A DNA stretch of 64,000 bases from Gordius albopunctatus (Eukaryota): assembly GCA_964276515.1 (NCBI GenBank), contig OZ193909.1, forward strand, positions 21,080,001 to 21,144,000. Direction: 5' to 3'. Under the pieces are notes generated by a model. That model saw only the letters and a list, made by a program, of their open reading frames with translations. It had not been told where the DNA came from and made no database searches. Below are positions 41,201 to 54,744 of the stretch, in pieces (position 1 is the first letter of the stretch; each line of letters opens with the position of its first letter). Position numbers and translations under genes: made by a program.

Positions 41201-44200
41201 GAACTCTATCAGGAGGATGAAGTTAGAACACAAATGAACAAGATGCAAAAAGGAAAAGCAAATGACCCAGATGGAATACATATGGAAGCATTGCTCGGAT
41301 GTCGTGAAGAAGGAGTCACCACCATGACTAACCTCCTTAACAAGATATTGGTAGAAGAGCGAATTCCTAATCAATGGAGAGCAAGCACGATTATACCCTT
41401 ATTTAAAGGCAAAGGAGACCCTCAGGACTGTGGCAGTTACAGAGGTATCAAGCTAACTTGCCACTCCTTGAAGCTTATGGAAAGGATCTTAGTAACAAGG
41501 CTGAAAAACAAGGTGGATATATCGGCTAATCAAATCGGATTAGTGGCCGGCAAATCCACAATCAACCCAATCTTCGCACTAAGACAAATGATGGATAAGT
41601 ATGGCGAAAAGAGGAAAGACCTACATATGGTTTTTTTATCGACTTGGAGAAAGCTTATGACACGGTCCCCCGCGATTTAATATGGTGGTGCCTGAGGAAC
41701 AAAATATCCCTGACGCATATATACAGCTTGACGACAGTTGGAGACTCTAAACCTTTTCGGGTTAATATTGAATTACATCAAGGCTCTGCTTTAAGTCCCT
41801 TTTTATTTAATATAATTATAGATACGATAACGAGGGACATTCAAAAGCCATCGCCACGGTGTATGCTATATGCCGATACTATGCGAGGAAACAAGGGAGA
41901 AAGTATTCGAAGGAGCCGAAAAGTGGTCAAAGCGCTTAGCTGGATATGGTTTAAAGGTCAACGATCGAAAAACTGTATACATGGAAATGAACAGTACAGG
42001 CACCCCATCGCTGGGTGATCATCTAAAGTACCCAAAAGTCAACAAATTTATACCTCGGCTCGATGTTACATCAAAAGGGAGGTTACGCAACGGAAGTCAA
42101 TGCCCGGATCCAAAAAGGATGGCTTAAATGGCGAAGTATATCCGGTGTAATGTGCGACAAGAAAATGCCAATATGGTTGAAGAGCAAAACTTACAAATCG
42201 ATCATAAGACCGGTGTTACTCTATGGAAGTGAAACGTAGGCACTAAACACCACGGAAGGAAAGCTATTACAGGCCACAGAGATGAGAATGATACGGTGGA
42301 GCTTGGGGTATACTAGGCTCGACCATATGACGAATGACTTTCTCATGACAAAAATGGGTATTCAATCTGTGGCAGACATGATTAACGAAAATCGGCTAAG
42401 GTGGTATGGGCATATACTAAAAAGGGAATGACGTAAATCGAAAAGTACTGGACATGGAGGTACCGGGGAAGAGAGGAAGAGGACGACCCCGTGTCACGTG
42501 GAAAGGGCAAGTCGATAAAGTTATGGAAACTAAAGAGATTACTCAAGACATGGCACTCACTCGGTCAAGATGTAAGAAACTTATCAAAACAAACCCCACG
42601 AATGTCGGACCAAATAACTGATAAAGAAGAGGAAGAGGTGGTGTGATAACAACAACAAGCGACTTACGGGAGCGGTAAAAATTTATACATTATTACCTAT
42701 TTTTCACATATGGTTAGTACACATTTTACAAAAGTTATTTGAAATGCAATAAACTTATATATTAATGGTGTTTAAGTAGGAAATTTTCAAACCTATTAGC
42801 AATACTAAACGTCTTGTTAGTGCTTCTGTATACAATTTTAGAAAGAAGCGCACTAAACAACTTCAATAATAAATTAGGAAATTATAACCTTAAATACATT
42901 ATTTCAAAGTTGCCCAAAACATATACTAACAGCTGAAATTAAATCATCTAAATATATTCTTTTATGGATTTATTGGTATTTAAATTACCCTTATGACTAA
43001 TATTGCAACAACAAACGGGATAGTTTTGAGGGTTTAATTTTAAGAGGTTTAAAACATAGGCTTTTATACAATAATTTAAATTAATATTTCATCAAAATAT
43101 AATAACAAATTTCGTTAACACAAAATAAACAAACTGTAATGTTAAATTAACTCCAGCATATTGGGTGGCAAGAATTTGGCCTTATGCCAAAATAAAAAAT
43201 AATACCTCGAGGGAAACAAAAAGCATAATTTAAATACACCTTTAAGAGTACACACATAACATGTTAAGTTCGCATAGCAAGATATTATTGGCTAAAATTA
43301 TAAAAGTGTGTTATTTTAATAATAATAATAAAACATAGTAGTCAACTTATAATGTGTGAAAGGCATTGTTTTATAATCTCAGCTATGGCTATTCACTCAA
43401 ACAACTTTCATCATAACTAAATATCACATACATGCTGCGTCGTATGTAAAAGGCCGAGCCAATTTAAGTTTACCATTATTGTTAGAGGTGTCATAAACGC
43501 GACATGCGCAACACATGACATAAATGAATGTAGCAATAGGGGGTGGCGTTTTGATTAATTACGCATATGCTGATGATGCCTGTAGTAAATATGTCGCTTC
43601 TTAATGTCCACATCATCTTACACCTCTTATCTACCTGCTGCTTCACCCCATTTTCCCATTTTTATTTCTACAAGTGTAAAACGTGTCATAAAAGGCTAAC
43701 AAAGCCCCTTATAACGTCATTATGGAAAAAGTAATACATTAATGTAAAAGAGGAAGGCTAAGATGCCTATAATTATAAATAGGGATTGGGTAGCTAGAGT
43801 TTATTATCTAAAAAGATACATATACCTCATATAAATAAAATGACCTAAAGTATTAAGAATGATAGACTTTTATGATTTTTTAACATCTTGTAAAGTATAG
43901 TAGAGTTAAACATTATAGATGTAACTTAAATCATCGCGTATAACCCAAGCACACCTAGTGTAGTAAAAACGGCTGGGTTCGCTTTAACATAAACAAACCA
44001 AAGGTATTTTGTCTGTTTTTTAGTTGACCCCTGCCCTAGGCTTAGTCGAAATTTGAAAAACAGACCAGATTCGATGGTTAGTCTTAATGATAAAACCAAA
44101 GGTCGGCCAAACAAACCCAGCCGTTTTTACAACACTACACACATCTATGATGCCCCCTATGTAGCATTACGCCGTTTAAATATAAATAATGGGTCAAAAT

Positions 44201-45535
44201 CATACTAACCTTCCAACCGGCGGAACTATTGCTATCACCTTTATCCTTAAAGTATGGAATGTATTGCACCATCCAATCGTATATTTGAGATAGAGTCAGA
44301 CGCTTATCCGCTGATGTTTGGATAGCTTTGGTAATCAAATCGGCATAAGAGTAGTTTCCCCACGCATTTTTTCTCGAAGTGGAAGAAGAATAAGTCGTGG
44401 TCGTTGATATGAATCTCAAAATGTCGGTGTTTGATAAATTGGAATTTTGAGTTATAGGCGATCGAGTAAATGGGTTTAGGGCTGAATTATTTTGATTTAA
44501 GTAAGTCATGGGATCATATTTATTTTCGGAGCCTTGCGTGTTTGCATGATGCAGTTGCTGATCATCGAGTAAAATATCGTCGGGGGTTAATTCGGGCAAA
44601 GGTTGTATAGTATCCACTTCTCCATGTCGGAGGGAGTTTTGATTGGCGCAATTGAGTAACTTAAGATCGTAGCTCTCGTCGTAAGTGTCGGCCCATTCAC
44701 CGGGTGCGAAGGAGGTAAGAATTTTGTCGGAATGGGGTAAATATTTATATGCAGCAGAATGATTTACGAAGGAATCACTTTTTGTAGGTTTTGTAGCTTC
44801 GTCACATTCTTCTTCAATTTCCTCCTTGATCGAAAAAGGTGCCAAAGAACCGAAAACCGGTGGTGTTTGTTTAGAAATTAAAGCACCCTTTTGGACCGTA
44901 GATTGGGATGCAACGTTAGGGTCAAGGTAAGCGGGTTTGGGGAGAGGCCAGGTATTGCAACGATCCCTGGAAAAGGGTTCAAGAGAAGAATTCCACGAAT
45001 CTTCATCTTGATCTATCATTAAGCCATCACTTCCTCCTCCTCCTCCGTCTGCCATTGAATGAAGAACGGTCGTAGATATATCGCTATACCTTTTTTGGCA
45101 ATGATAATGAGATGGAGCTGATTCGGGCTCAAAGTATTCCTCGGGGGAATACACGTAATCACGTTCATCGACCTTAACCTTAGGCACATTTGAGTGGGTC
45201 AATAAAGTCGAGTTGTGATAATTTAACGAAGGGTTATCGATGTGCGACAAATTATATTCATGACTTGAAGGAGCACATTTTGACTTGTAATATGTTGGTT
45301 CTTGAATAATAATGTTGTTAATCATGCGTGAAAGATCTTTGGTAACTGTTACGCCATCCCTCGGCATTGACCTGTTATTCAATTTTAGTTCAGGGTGGTA
45401 ATTAATATCACGCACGTTTGGTGGTGATGTAGAAGAACTAAGGTTGTCGGATTGGATGGCACTGGATACGTGTGGTTCTTCTGGGAATTCGTAGGCAAAC
45501 GCGTTCTCCATTTGTGCAATGCGCTTCTTGGGCAT
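32158..45535 (-). CDS. FoxO: Forkhead box O transcription factor; exons 45535-44210, 34318-33712, 33539-32158; ~1104 aa
   Basis: RDRCNTWP Akt site; forkhead [51 protein letters not shown] with the conserved intron after GWK; RRRAAT; GT-AG junctions in phase. Confidence 0.96.
35465..36858 (-). mobile_element. Degenerate CRE-like LINE fragment in a FoxO intron
   Basis: [32 protein letters not shown]; paralogous to 29100-30615 but clearly diverged. Confidence 0.85.
36901..37818 (+). mobile_element. Non-autonomous Helitron
   Basis: A|TCTATATTATAAAG 5' end, TATG microsatellite, internal ~130-bp tandem duplication, 3' hairpin CCAAAGCAACGCTTGG then GGGCACAGCTAG|T. A matching 3' end lies on the - strand at ~54777-54810. 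Confidence 0.8.
39818..42635 (+). mobile_element. Near full-length degenerate RTE LINE
   Basis: APE ([22 protein letters not shown]), RT ([26 protein letters not shown]), AAG-type tail; 17-bp TSD AGGTGGTGTGATAACAA (39801-39817 / 42636-42652). Confidence 0.93.
43956..44137. mobile_element. TAG-ended MITE family (TAGTGT.GTAAAAACGGCTGGG...CCCAGCCGTTTTTACAACACTA), representative copy
   Basis: Terminal inverted repeats; related copies at ~1860-1941, 7500-7635, 9080-9220, 39686-39801, 54815-55001, 57122-57322. Confidence 0.78.
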
Positions 45536-47389
45536 TTCAACTCATTGCTACAAATTCAAGGTGAGATGACATAAGTTGATGACGACAGTCTATTATATTA
45601 AACGGTGCAAATTTACAGTTATCATATTTTGTTAAACAATAGAGCCGTATTAAGGTATGCAAGCACAAAGGCGCTGCTGATTAGAAAAGGGGAAAACTTG
45701 CAGGTATATTAAAAATCAGGTGGGAGGGGGGTGGGGGTGATTACATAAACGAGATAGAAGATGAGGAGCTTTTAAGGCGTGCAATACACTAATGATAATA
45801 TGTACACACATCACAGGTATATATATAAGTATACAATGCACACCTAACGTCTTCCCACTACCTAGTACTTACCTCTCGCACCTCTACCTCTACCCCCCCC
45901 CCCCTATTTTTGCCTTCACCCCTAAATAAGCCCCGCCCGTTAGGTCCCCGACCCTCTCACTCACTCCGTTGTTTAATTGTATGCGCCGCGCATCTATTCA
46001 TATTATAATATAAATATTGTTTTAAAGACGTAATCGCCTATGGGCCACCGTACGAACCAATTTGCAGGCAATAAATTTCATAGTTGTCGACTGAAATGAG
46101 TACACAAATAATATTACTTTGATAATACGATTTTTTGGATCCGACTAACCCTAAAATCTCTACTTTGAGCCTATATTGTGCCGTTAAAAATTAACATTAA
46201 AAGTTGTCAAATATAATTTTCAAACTATATATATATATATATAGTGTGTAAAAAAATTATAACAAATACAAAGTAATTTATATATAATACTTCGAAATTT
46301 TGTTTATAGCTTATGATATAGGCCGCGTGCCAAATTAAGTCTCAAATATAATGATTTGCTTCAGAACAGATATTTAGATTTTGTTCCAATTACAAGATAA
46401 GCACAATTGTAGAAAGATTAATGATGATATTGAAGACATATGTTATTTTTATTTGAAATATTTGGCAAACTCAAATTGCATGCCAAGGTGCGATTATTGT
46501 GAAGCCTCTAAATCTTTTTACAATTAGTTTCACCTTTTACAAATAAAAGAGGTAATAATAGTGATGCTTTAATCGGTATTATTAACCTACAGTAATACTT
46601 AGGGGGCAATATGAAAAAGAGATGTACATACGGCTAAATAAGGGTTTTGACCATGGGCGTACCCAGAATTGGGATTGGAGGGGGCATTAATGATTTAGGG
46701 AGGGGGAGGGGGGGGGGGGCAAAATGATTATTTTTCCACATTTTAGCCCCGTAATTTTAACAAATTTTTGAATTTAAACGAGGGCAGCCGCCCCTCCCTG
46801 CCCCTCTTCTCTTGGCTTCGCCCATGCATGATAACGATGATCATAATTGTAGTTAATGTATAGTAGATTTATCAATTTGCACATAATGTGCAGAGATAAT
46901 TTATTTACACGCTATGACAAAAATTAAGCAATTTGTTTTACAAGTAGAATTAAATTTTTCATAGGATGTCCCTTACCCCACCATCGAGGTAGATAGGGGG
47001 AGTTAGAGAGGGCGGTTGCCCCCCCCCCCCAATCCAAAAAGCAATCCCCTTTAAACATTTCTTTAGGCAAAAGAAGCTCATGTGGGTCCCGAAAAAAACC
47101 ACATTGAGGTGATGTATGTAGTATGTGAAAGCATAGATTAATTTATGGTTAAGGCAATGAAGAGTGGGCGGGCGCGTTCTAATTATAATCTACGAGCACT
47201 CGTAAGGTAGGCATATTTTAGTATTGAGGCTTTATTGACTTAATGATTTGTGTCGAGTGTAAATATATCAAAAAAGCAGTCCCAAAAATTTAGTTACTAA
47301 CATGAACTTAGCCAGGGGGAGGGCAGGGAGGAGCTGCTGGTGCTGCCCTTCCTCTAAATCCAGAAATTCATTAAAGTTATGGCTATAAT

Positions 47390-48773
47390 TAGAGACCTGC
47401 CCGGGCCGCCTGTTTACGTCAATCGGCCCGCCCCTTATAAATATTTACAAGCTTGTGCCCGACACGGGCCCGTTAAAATATTAAATTATAGGCCCGAGTC
47501 CGACCCGCTAATTTTATGCGAAGCTCGAGCCCGGGCCGGGCCCGTATAAAAAAGTTTAGATTCTTATTTTTTTTACCGAAAGTGACTATATTATATAGTA
47601 TTAAAAATGTTAATGATAATTATGTATAAATAATAAATTATCAATTATTTTTGGTAAGGCGGATTCCACTTTATTTTAATAGGCGACTTCCAAGTAAAAT
47701 ATTTCTTTCACTAGTGGCACTTGTAAGCGGATAAAGTTACTTGGCTTCTTTGCTTTTTTTTTAAAATATATATTGTTAATTTAAATGTAAGAAGAAACGA
47801 AGTGTTAAAATTGGAAAAATAGAAGAGCGAGTATAAAACAAAATAAAAAAATTATAATTCAAAGGCGTCGCATGTGTCATCTGTTAAAAGAGGCCAGCTG
47901 TCGGTCAGTGATTTAAAATTGTACTTTGCTATAAAAATGCCAATTTTTTGTTTAAGTAAAAAATTTGTGGAATATTTAGAGGGGGGCAGCGACGGCTGAT
48001 TTCGTTAAAAAGCTTAATGGCGGCCGGACCAAAAGTGCCAGAACAGGAGGCAACGATAGGGGTAAAGATATTAGAGGGTAGGGGGGCCTGGTATTTAACC
48101 GTTTTGCGGTGTTCGGCGAGGGTCAGAGCTTTGTAGTTTTGGTTAGAGGGGGCGAAAATGTGTATGCAGGTGAAATCCCATAGGGATCTATACTTTTAAA
48201 TCTTTTAGTTTATTGATATGGGATGAAAAAGCTTGATATTTTATAAAAGAAATTTAAAGAAAGGATCACTTTTAAATTTGTATTTAAACTTTTTAAAGAG
48301 TATATATATGAGATGAGATGTTACATAAACTTATTAAATTAATTTACTATAATGTTGCTAGGCGGTTCTTAAAATAAAACATTTTTGCCTCTCTTTAATT
48401 TATTACTGACCCCCCCCCCCCCAACTTCAAATCCTGGGAAAGCCCATGGAATTACGTATATATATAATAATCTCTAATTAACAATTATGATGCGCGTTGA
48501 AACATTGATTTTAATGAATGAATCAAGCTGGAGATATACTTTACTCTACCTTGTTATTCTAATAAATATCAAATAAATATAAATTAGGACAAACAAACCT
48601 CTGTTTATAATTTATATAGCACAAATAAAAATATTGATTTTGTAACGGGCTTTTAGCGGAAATATATCTACGCCCGGCCCGAGCCTGCTAGGTTATCGGC
48701 CCGTCCAGGCCCTTTGTTTCATTTCAAAGTAGACGTTCGTCCAAGCCCGGCTCGCGGACAGGGCAGGTCTCTA
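47390..48773. mobile_element. hAT-type non-autonomous element nested in a CATGGGCGTAGCC MITE
   Basis: TAGAGACCTGCCC...GGGCAGGTCTCTA, GCCCG-rich subterminal repeats, imperfect TSD GCTATAAT / GCTAAATT. Confidence 0.75.
47960..48181 (-). mobile_element. CRE-like LINE fragment
   Basis: Near-identical reverse complement of ~30286-30510. Confidence 0.85.
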
Positions 48774-49410
48774 GCTAAATTTTCAATAAATATTCATTAT
48801 TCCCTTCACTAAATCATTATTGCCCCCCCCCCTTTAATTTCAAAGCTGGCTACGCACGTGGTAACTAAAGAGGTTAAAATCGCTTTATAAACATATTTGG
48901 AAAAGTTTTTTCCCCGAAAATCCCCGTGTTTTCGCCATAATAAAAGGCTTTAAAGGATAGAAATTAAAGAAACCAATAAGATTATAAAGAGCATCCAAAT
49001 CTTAGGCTAAAGATGACCTTAATTGGCGAAGCAAAAATGATATATATTGGTAGGTCAAGCAAGGTGCGAACAACAATATTAATCCCATAAAATTGGTATC
49101 AGTAAACTTCAAGCAACTACAATTCAATGACGTCATAACCCATGGGTGTAGCCAAGGTTGGGGGGGGGGGGAGGGGCTTCCCCCTCTAAATCCAAAAATT
49201 TGGTGAAATTTATTATAATTTTGGCTAAAATTCCAAAAAATGTTAATTTTCCCCCTCCCGAAATAATTATTTCCCCCCTCTAATTCCAATGTAGCTAGGC
49301 CCATGCATGACCTTATTATAGTAATAACTGCAAAATTAAATTATTCACCTTTGTCTTAAATATAATTTAGCGAGAGAATAAATAAAGGTCTTGAATTTCG
49401 AAGTTCTAGG

Positions 49411-50061
49411 TAGAGGCCTGCAGGGGTCACCCGAAACCCGAACCGATCGGACGCCACCCTATCTCGGGTCGGGTTAGGGTTAAAAGGTTTCGGGTCGGGT
49501 CGGGTTGGATTTCTAGAGTCGGGTCAAAGGATATGAATCTTACATTACAAAATGAACGAAACGTATTTGTTAAATTAATGCTATTATCTATAATTTTAGT
49601 TATACAATATCGAATTGTATAACTAATTATATTCATTCATTCGTAGAATCAATTTCATTTTCGATTTTTTAATTCATTTAATTTGGAGGCAAATTTAAAG
49701 CTGAATCACGAAAGGTAAAATATTAACAAATGAGTATTTATTATTGTTTATAGTCTATAGAGTAGATTATAAATTTAACTACATAAAGATATAATTAAAT
49801 ATTCAATTTAAAGCTGAATCACGAAAGTTAAAATATTAACAAATGATTATTTATTATTGTTTATAGTCTATAGAGTAAATTATAAATTTAACTACATAAC
49901 GATATAACTAAATATTCATGAATCAACAAAAAAGTAAGTTTTATTTACTATTATGTGGATCTAAAATTTTATACTTATTTTATTTGCAAAATTTATATTA
50001 AAAAAACGCTTTGGGGTCGGGTCGGGTTCGGGTTGAAAAAAAGTGAATTTGCAGGCCTCTA
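49411..50061. mobile_element. hAT-type MITE with an internal ~113-bp tandem duplication
   Basis: TAGAGGCCTGCA...TGCAGGCCTCTA; perfect 8-bp TSD GTTCTAGG; TCGGG subterminal repeats. Confidence 0.9.
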
Positions 50062-53000
50062 GTTCTAGGCCATTAGATGCGATCGTGATTTTATAATGGA
50101 AGTGTAAAAAGAAGAGACAAATTGTGCATCGAGTCAAAATAATAAAAACTAATTGCATCTCAATGCGACGGGGCTAACCAGGTTCTATAATAAGCCGAAT
50201 CCTGCTAAACGGTAAATAATTTTTTTAATTTAAAAAAGAAGCAAAATCACTTCCTGCCATGGGCTTAGCCAGCATTAGAATTAGAGGGGGCAATAATGAT
50301 TTAGGGAGGGGCAAAATGATCCTTTTCTGAAATTTCAGCCATAATTATAATAAATTTCAACAAATTTTTGGATTTAGAGGGGGCAACCGCCCCTTTTTGC
50401 CCCCCCCCCCCCCACGCCCATGCACAGTATGTATGAAATGTATGAAAGAGTGAATGTTAGATATTATTGTACTTACTACCGATAATGAATGTAGTATGTA
50501 TAGGATAGATGGAATAGTGACTGATCAAAATTGTAGGAAGAGAAGGCCTTGACTTTAAAAATTAATAATTATAATTTTTTGTAATTTATTGGAAAAGGGG
50601 GATAAATTGGCCCGCGCATTTTTATGCCGATTCATTCCTGTCGGAGGGGGGGGGGGTGGGGCGCAATCGATCGAGAAGCTAAGGCCAGGGGTGACGTCAT
50701 TTTGTAAAATCATAGTAGCGTCAAGCCGTATGGGGTGATGGTCGGGATGGCTACAGGTGTGTACACCCTAGGGCATGGCTCTTGTCAATATTGAATCCGA
50801 TGGAGATGTCAAATTTGGGGAATTTAATTGACGTGTCCTAATTTTGCTAATAAGTAGTAATCGATTAAAAAGGGGAAATCGGCCAAGTCAAGATATTCCT
50901 ACTATCATTATGGGATACCGAATTTGATCGTAACTGTTTATCTGTTATAGTTTATAGAGAAGTAAGTGATTGTGATGATATATAATGTAAATTTGTGCAC
51001 TCTTTCTAACCGTATGTATAGTATCAGCAGCACACCGTGTTCATACTTTGTGACACTGGGAGGGAGGAGGTTAGCTAGCTCGTGTGCTAGCGGATTAGAT
51101 TAACCTTGGCAATGAAATTATTTTACGAGCAGCAAGCACTTTTGTCACTCGCTGCCTCCACCGCTAACTAACGTGTCTATCTATCGCTCGCGCTGTTAAT
51201 ATGTGGTCGTGTGTCGTGTCTCCTTTCTTAACTTGCTAGGCTGGGGGGGGGGGGGGGATACCAGCTAGGAGGAAGAGAGAAATACCAATACTTTTACATC
51301 AAATTATTTCTTCGGTAAGAAAACTTTGCTTTAAACTTAAGAATCGCCGGGGGGGGGGGAGCAGGAAGGGGCGGCTGACTCCCCTTTAAATCCAAAAATT
51401 TTGTGCCCCTCCCTAAATCACTCAAGCCCCCCCCCCCCACCCCCTTCCAAATCCAATGCTGCCTACGCCCAGTGGGTCGACACTAAACTTTGATTTCTAC
51501 GCATCATTTGGCCTTCGTGGTAAATTAGCCCAATATATATTTGTTCTACGATTTCAAATAGCTGTAACTTGGATTAAATCTCTCAATTGATTATTTTTAT
51601 TATACGTAAATTGAGGTATTGATTTCGTTCGATGCGCAATGATTTTTTCACTTATACTAATCATTTATTTTTATAACTAATACATATTTTGCGAAGATGA
51701 AAGAAATTAATGAAAAAAGTTAAGAATTATAAATGTTTGAAAAGCTTCCCGAACATTGCTATTCAATTATATTTACAGATGCTATGCTAATGCCAATTTT
51801 ATATCTTATGAAAAACGATTCGCGATTATAATTTGTTTCCCTATTTGTGAAAATTTTGTAAGGCTCGGGGGCCAAAGGATGTGAGGGTAGTTGTCGTAGT
51901 GCGACAAGAAATTATTGTATTGTTATGAAATTTTCAGTGCTCCGGGTGAATATAGTTATTTCCCCATTTAATTTGTTAAATGACATGCGGCTTAAGGCAT
52001 ACTCGCATTGGATCAGGGGGGGGGGGCAAAGCATAAAATTTTTAATTCTTCAAGGGATCCTCCTCTCTGACTAGGTAATTTTTTGATTTTTTAGCTATCA
52101 TCACACATAAAGCTACTCATTCTTACTATCAGATACATTTTAGTATAAACAAGAAAATGATTTCGTTCAAACAATTTTCATCGCTAAAATTTCTAATTAG
52201 CTGGGCTACCTGTTTTTCAGGCTACAAAAGATTGTGCCTTCACCCTACACATCACTATTTACTCAGCCAATCGCCAGCTCTGTCTATTTTACTTCACAAA
52301 CAAATATTTGTTTATTTTGACTTGATTTTTTGAATTTTAGGGTTGACATGGGCGTAGCGAGGGGGGGCGGGGCAGGGAAGGGCGGCTGCCACCCTCTAAA
52401 TCCAAAATTTTCTTAAAATTTATTAAAATTTTGCCTAAATGTCAAAAAATTATCAGATGCCCCTTCCAAAATCATTATTCCCCCTCTAATTCCGGCTACG
52501 CCCTCTGAATTTGATGATAATAATCATTGACCTAACGATGACATTGCCAATATAGGGTTTGTGATACGTGTTGTGCGTTAAAAAATTTTGGCTTATATCG
52601 TAGATTTTTTTATAGTATAAAGCGTATCAGTTAATAAATAGGATAATTTACGGAATAAACTAATTTATTTAAAAAAAATTAAAAAATTAGTCAATTAAAA
52701 AAGTCATATTAATTGATTGAACATTGACCTCCCCCCTTATATCTGAGGAAAAAGTTGAAATAAAATTAGTTAAAATGGTAGATTTAACATCTACGGACAT
52801 TGGCTTAGCCAGGTTTTGGATTAGGGGGGGGGGGCAAAGCGTTCAAAAGTTTAATTAGGGGGGGGGAACGTATTTTTTTTGATAATTTTTAAGGGTTTTT
52901 ACATTGAAAAAAAAATATTTTTTTTTCATTTAGTGCCCCCCCCCTACCACCCCCTGGCTACGCACTTGATTTTATAAAATATATAATAATTCATAATAAA

Positions 53001-53610
53001 ATAAGAAATTGTTTTATCCATCTTGGTTTATAAATAAAATTTGTACCCGAGAAAAAGATTATAATTAAGATTTTATTTGAATTTAAAAATATGTTGTTTT
53101 GTTTTTAGAAATACTTTTAATTAATTACTTATGACCAGAATGTACCACACTGTTTCATGATTAATTAAACAAGCGAATTTAAATCAATCAAAAGGCATTT
53201 TTTGGAATTTTACCTACAAATAATTTTTAGAATTATTCCTATTTTATATATAAAAATTTAATTGAATAAAAACATAAAATTAAATCTTAAATCTTTACAA
53301 ATTGTACTTTTTATTTATTTAGATCCCCTTAAATTAATCATAATTAATAAAAAATGACTTATCGGCCTGCCGCGGGCCGGGTTTTTAGGGCTTCTAAGCC
53401 GGGGCCTGGACCGATTGCGTGCTGGGGCGGGGCCTAGATATACGTAAGGCCCGCTAAAATCCCTTTATAAAATCAATTTGATTTTTTGTGTGTGTATTAT
53501 ACATTTTAAACGAACATGTGTTCTCATAATGTTTGATTTATTTTTAATCATTATCTAATGTTTATAATGAAAATTAAGTTATATTTCCCTCAATATTCAT
53601 TCATAAATAA

Positions 53611-54744
53611 ATATCGCTACCTGAGAATCGGAGTGCTCTATCTGCAATTTTTGAAAATTTTAAAGTAATAGTGCTATTTGGTAATTTTTTATATATATAC
53701 TATCATAAACTTTTTAAAAAATGTGGAAAAATATTTTTTGGCCGGGCCGGGCTTCGGGCGGCCCAAACAGGGCTCTAGTTGTATGTCAAACATTGATAAA
53801 TAAGAACTATTTAAAAATATAGCCATAACTAGTATAAGTTTCAAGGTGACAAATCAAAATGTAAATGATGGTTGAAATTAGAATACAAGCAAAATTTGTA
53901 TAAATGATTAATAATAATATTAATTTTAGGCTTTTTTCATTGTCGCGCATGAAAAAAAATGATTGTTATGGCCAAAAAAAAGTTTGCAAGAGGTAGGAAA
54001 AAGATTAAATCTTTAGAAAAGAATATTTAAGATTATTCAAAATTGTCAAGAATTAAATTTTTAAAGGAAATATTTATGTATAACAATAGATATAATTGAT
54101 TGTACTTCTACTAGATATTCTTTTGTATGTATCATTTATTTTATAATTAATAAATTAATAGTATTTGTTGTAAATAGTATGATCGCTACAAATTGATCCC
54201 ATTAAATATTTTTAGCTATATAAAGAATATAAATCATTATGATTGTTTTAGAAATTTAATTATATACTCATAGATATTTAAAATAATTTCATAGTTTACC
54301 TTAATGTATACAACCCTAAATTGCCATAATTTTTTATAATCTTGAATAAATGTGAGTAATTAAAGTAATATAGTCATTATTATAATATATAACTAGTTCA
54401 GTAATCTCATATTTATTTTTTATTATAGTTATAAAGCGAATGTCAATAAAACCTTAAAACGTGGGGTTAAAAATGCAGATAGAGCAAAGTAGCTAAACAA
54501 AATCGCAAAAAATTAGAACTTTGCTCTATCTGAAATTTAAAAAATCAATTTTTTTATGAGATAAGAGAAAAAATCCCCATTTTTGGATAAAATAATATAG
54601 ATGCTAACACTTTACACTATCAAACTTAATTTCAAGTCATATGAATAATAAGTTTAGATTTTATAGCATTTCAAGCTTTAAACTCAATTATCTCAGTTCG
54701 GAGTTTTGTGCAGATAGAGCACTCCAATTCTCACCTAGCGATAT
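53611..54744. mobile_element. Unclassified TIR element
   Basis: ATATCGCTACCTGAGAATCGGAGTGCTCTATCTGCA at the left; near reverse complement ending at 54744; internal GCAGATAGAGC motifs. Confidence 0.55.
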
